Under the pieces are notes generated by a model. The model saw only the letters and a list, made by a program, of their open reading frames with translations, did not search any database and was not told the origin of the DNA. A stretch of DNA of 63,145 bases, counting the filler, from Octopus bimaculoides (lineage: Eukaryota): the NCBI RefSeq assembly GCF_001194135.2. It is 3 parts of 3 records of this genome, joined end to end, with 100 filler letters (N's around TTAATTAATTAA, not from the genome) between each part and the next. Parts side by side here need not be neighbours in the genome. Positions count along the whole stretch, not along the records: positions 50,623 to 63,145 come from NC_069004.1; 2 more parts are not named here. One strand, 5' to 3'. A program made the position numbers and the translations under genes. Numbering within the stretch: position 1 is the first letter of the stretch; every line of letters starts with the position of its first letter. Shown piece after piece: positions 63,095 through 63,145 of this stretch.

Positions 63095-63145
<51 letters not shown>

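Overview
AT-rich eukaryotic genomic window dominated by repeats, with about 7.5 kb (~12%) in N gaps, most of them bordered by microsatellites. The SINE families and microsatellite density look octopod (probably Octopus); this is my inference from recognising the repeats, not a database result. I cannot support any intact host protein-coding gene, rRNA or CRISPR array, and almost all listed ORFs are microsatellite or gap read-throughs. Supported content: (1) a Ty3/Gypsy LTR retrotransposon at 51705-55606 with 271-bp LTRs (5 differences), an ATTTC target-site duplication and a frameshifted RT-RNaseH-integrase; (2) a decayed Penelope-like reverse transcriptase with Penelope-type terminal repeats and several hammerhead-like motifs; (3) Tc1/mariner remnants (maT DD37D, mariner, Tigger/pogo, a long-TIR MITE); (4) three SINE families in many copies; (5) two fold-back structures built from telomeric TTAGGG/CCCTAA repeats. 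The most striking observation is the 12 nt directly after the Gypsy 5' LTR (AGCTATTTCGGC). They are the exact complement of nt 1-12 of metazoan tRNA-Phe(GAA), i.e. its 5' end, not a tRNA 3' CCA end, which suggests priming by a short 5' tRNA fragment.
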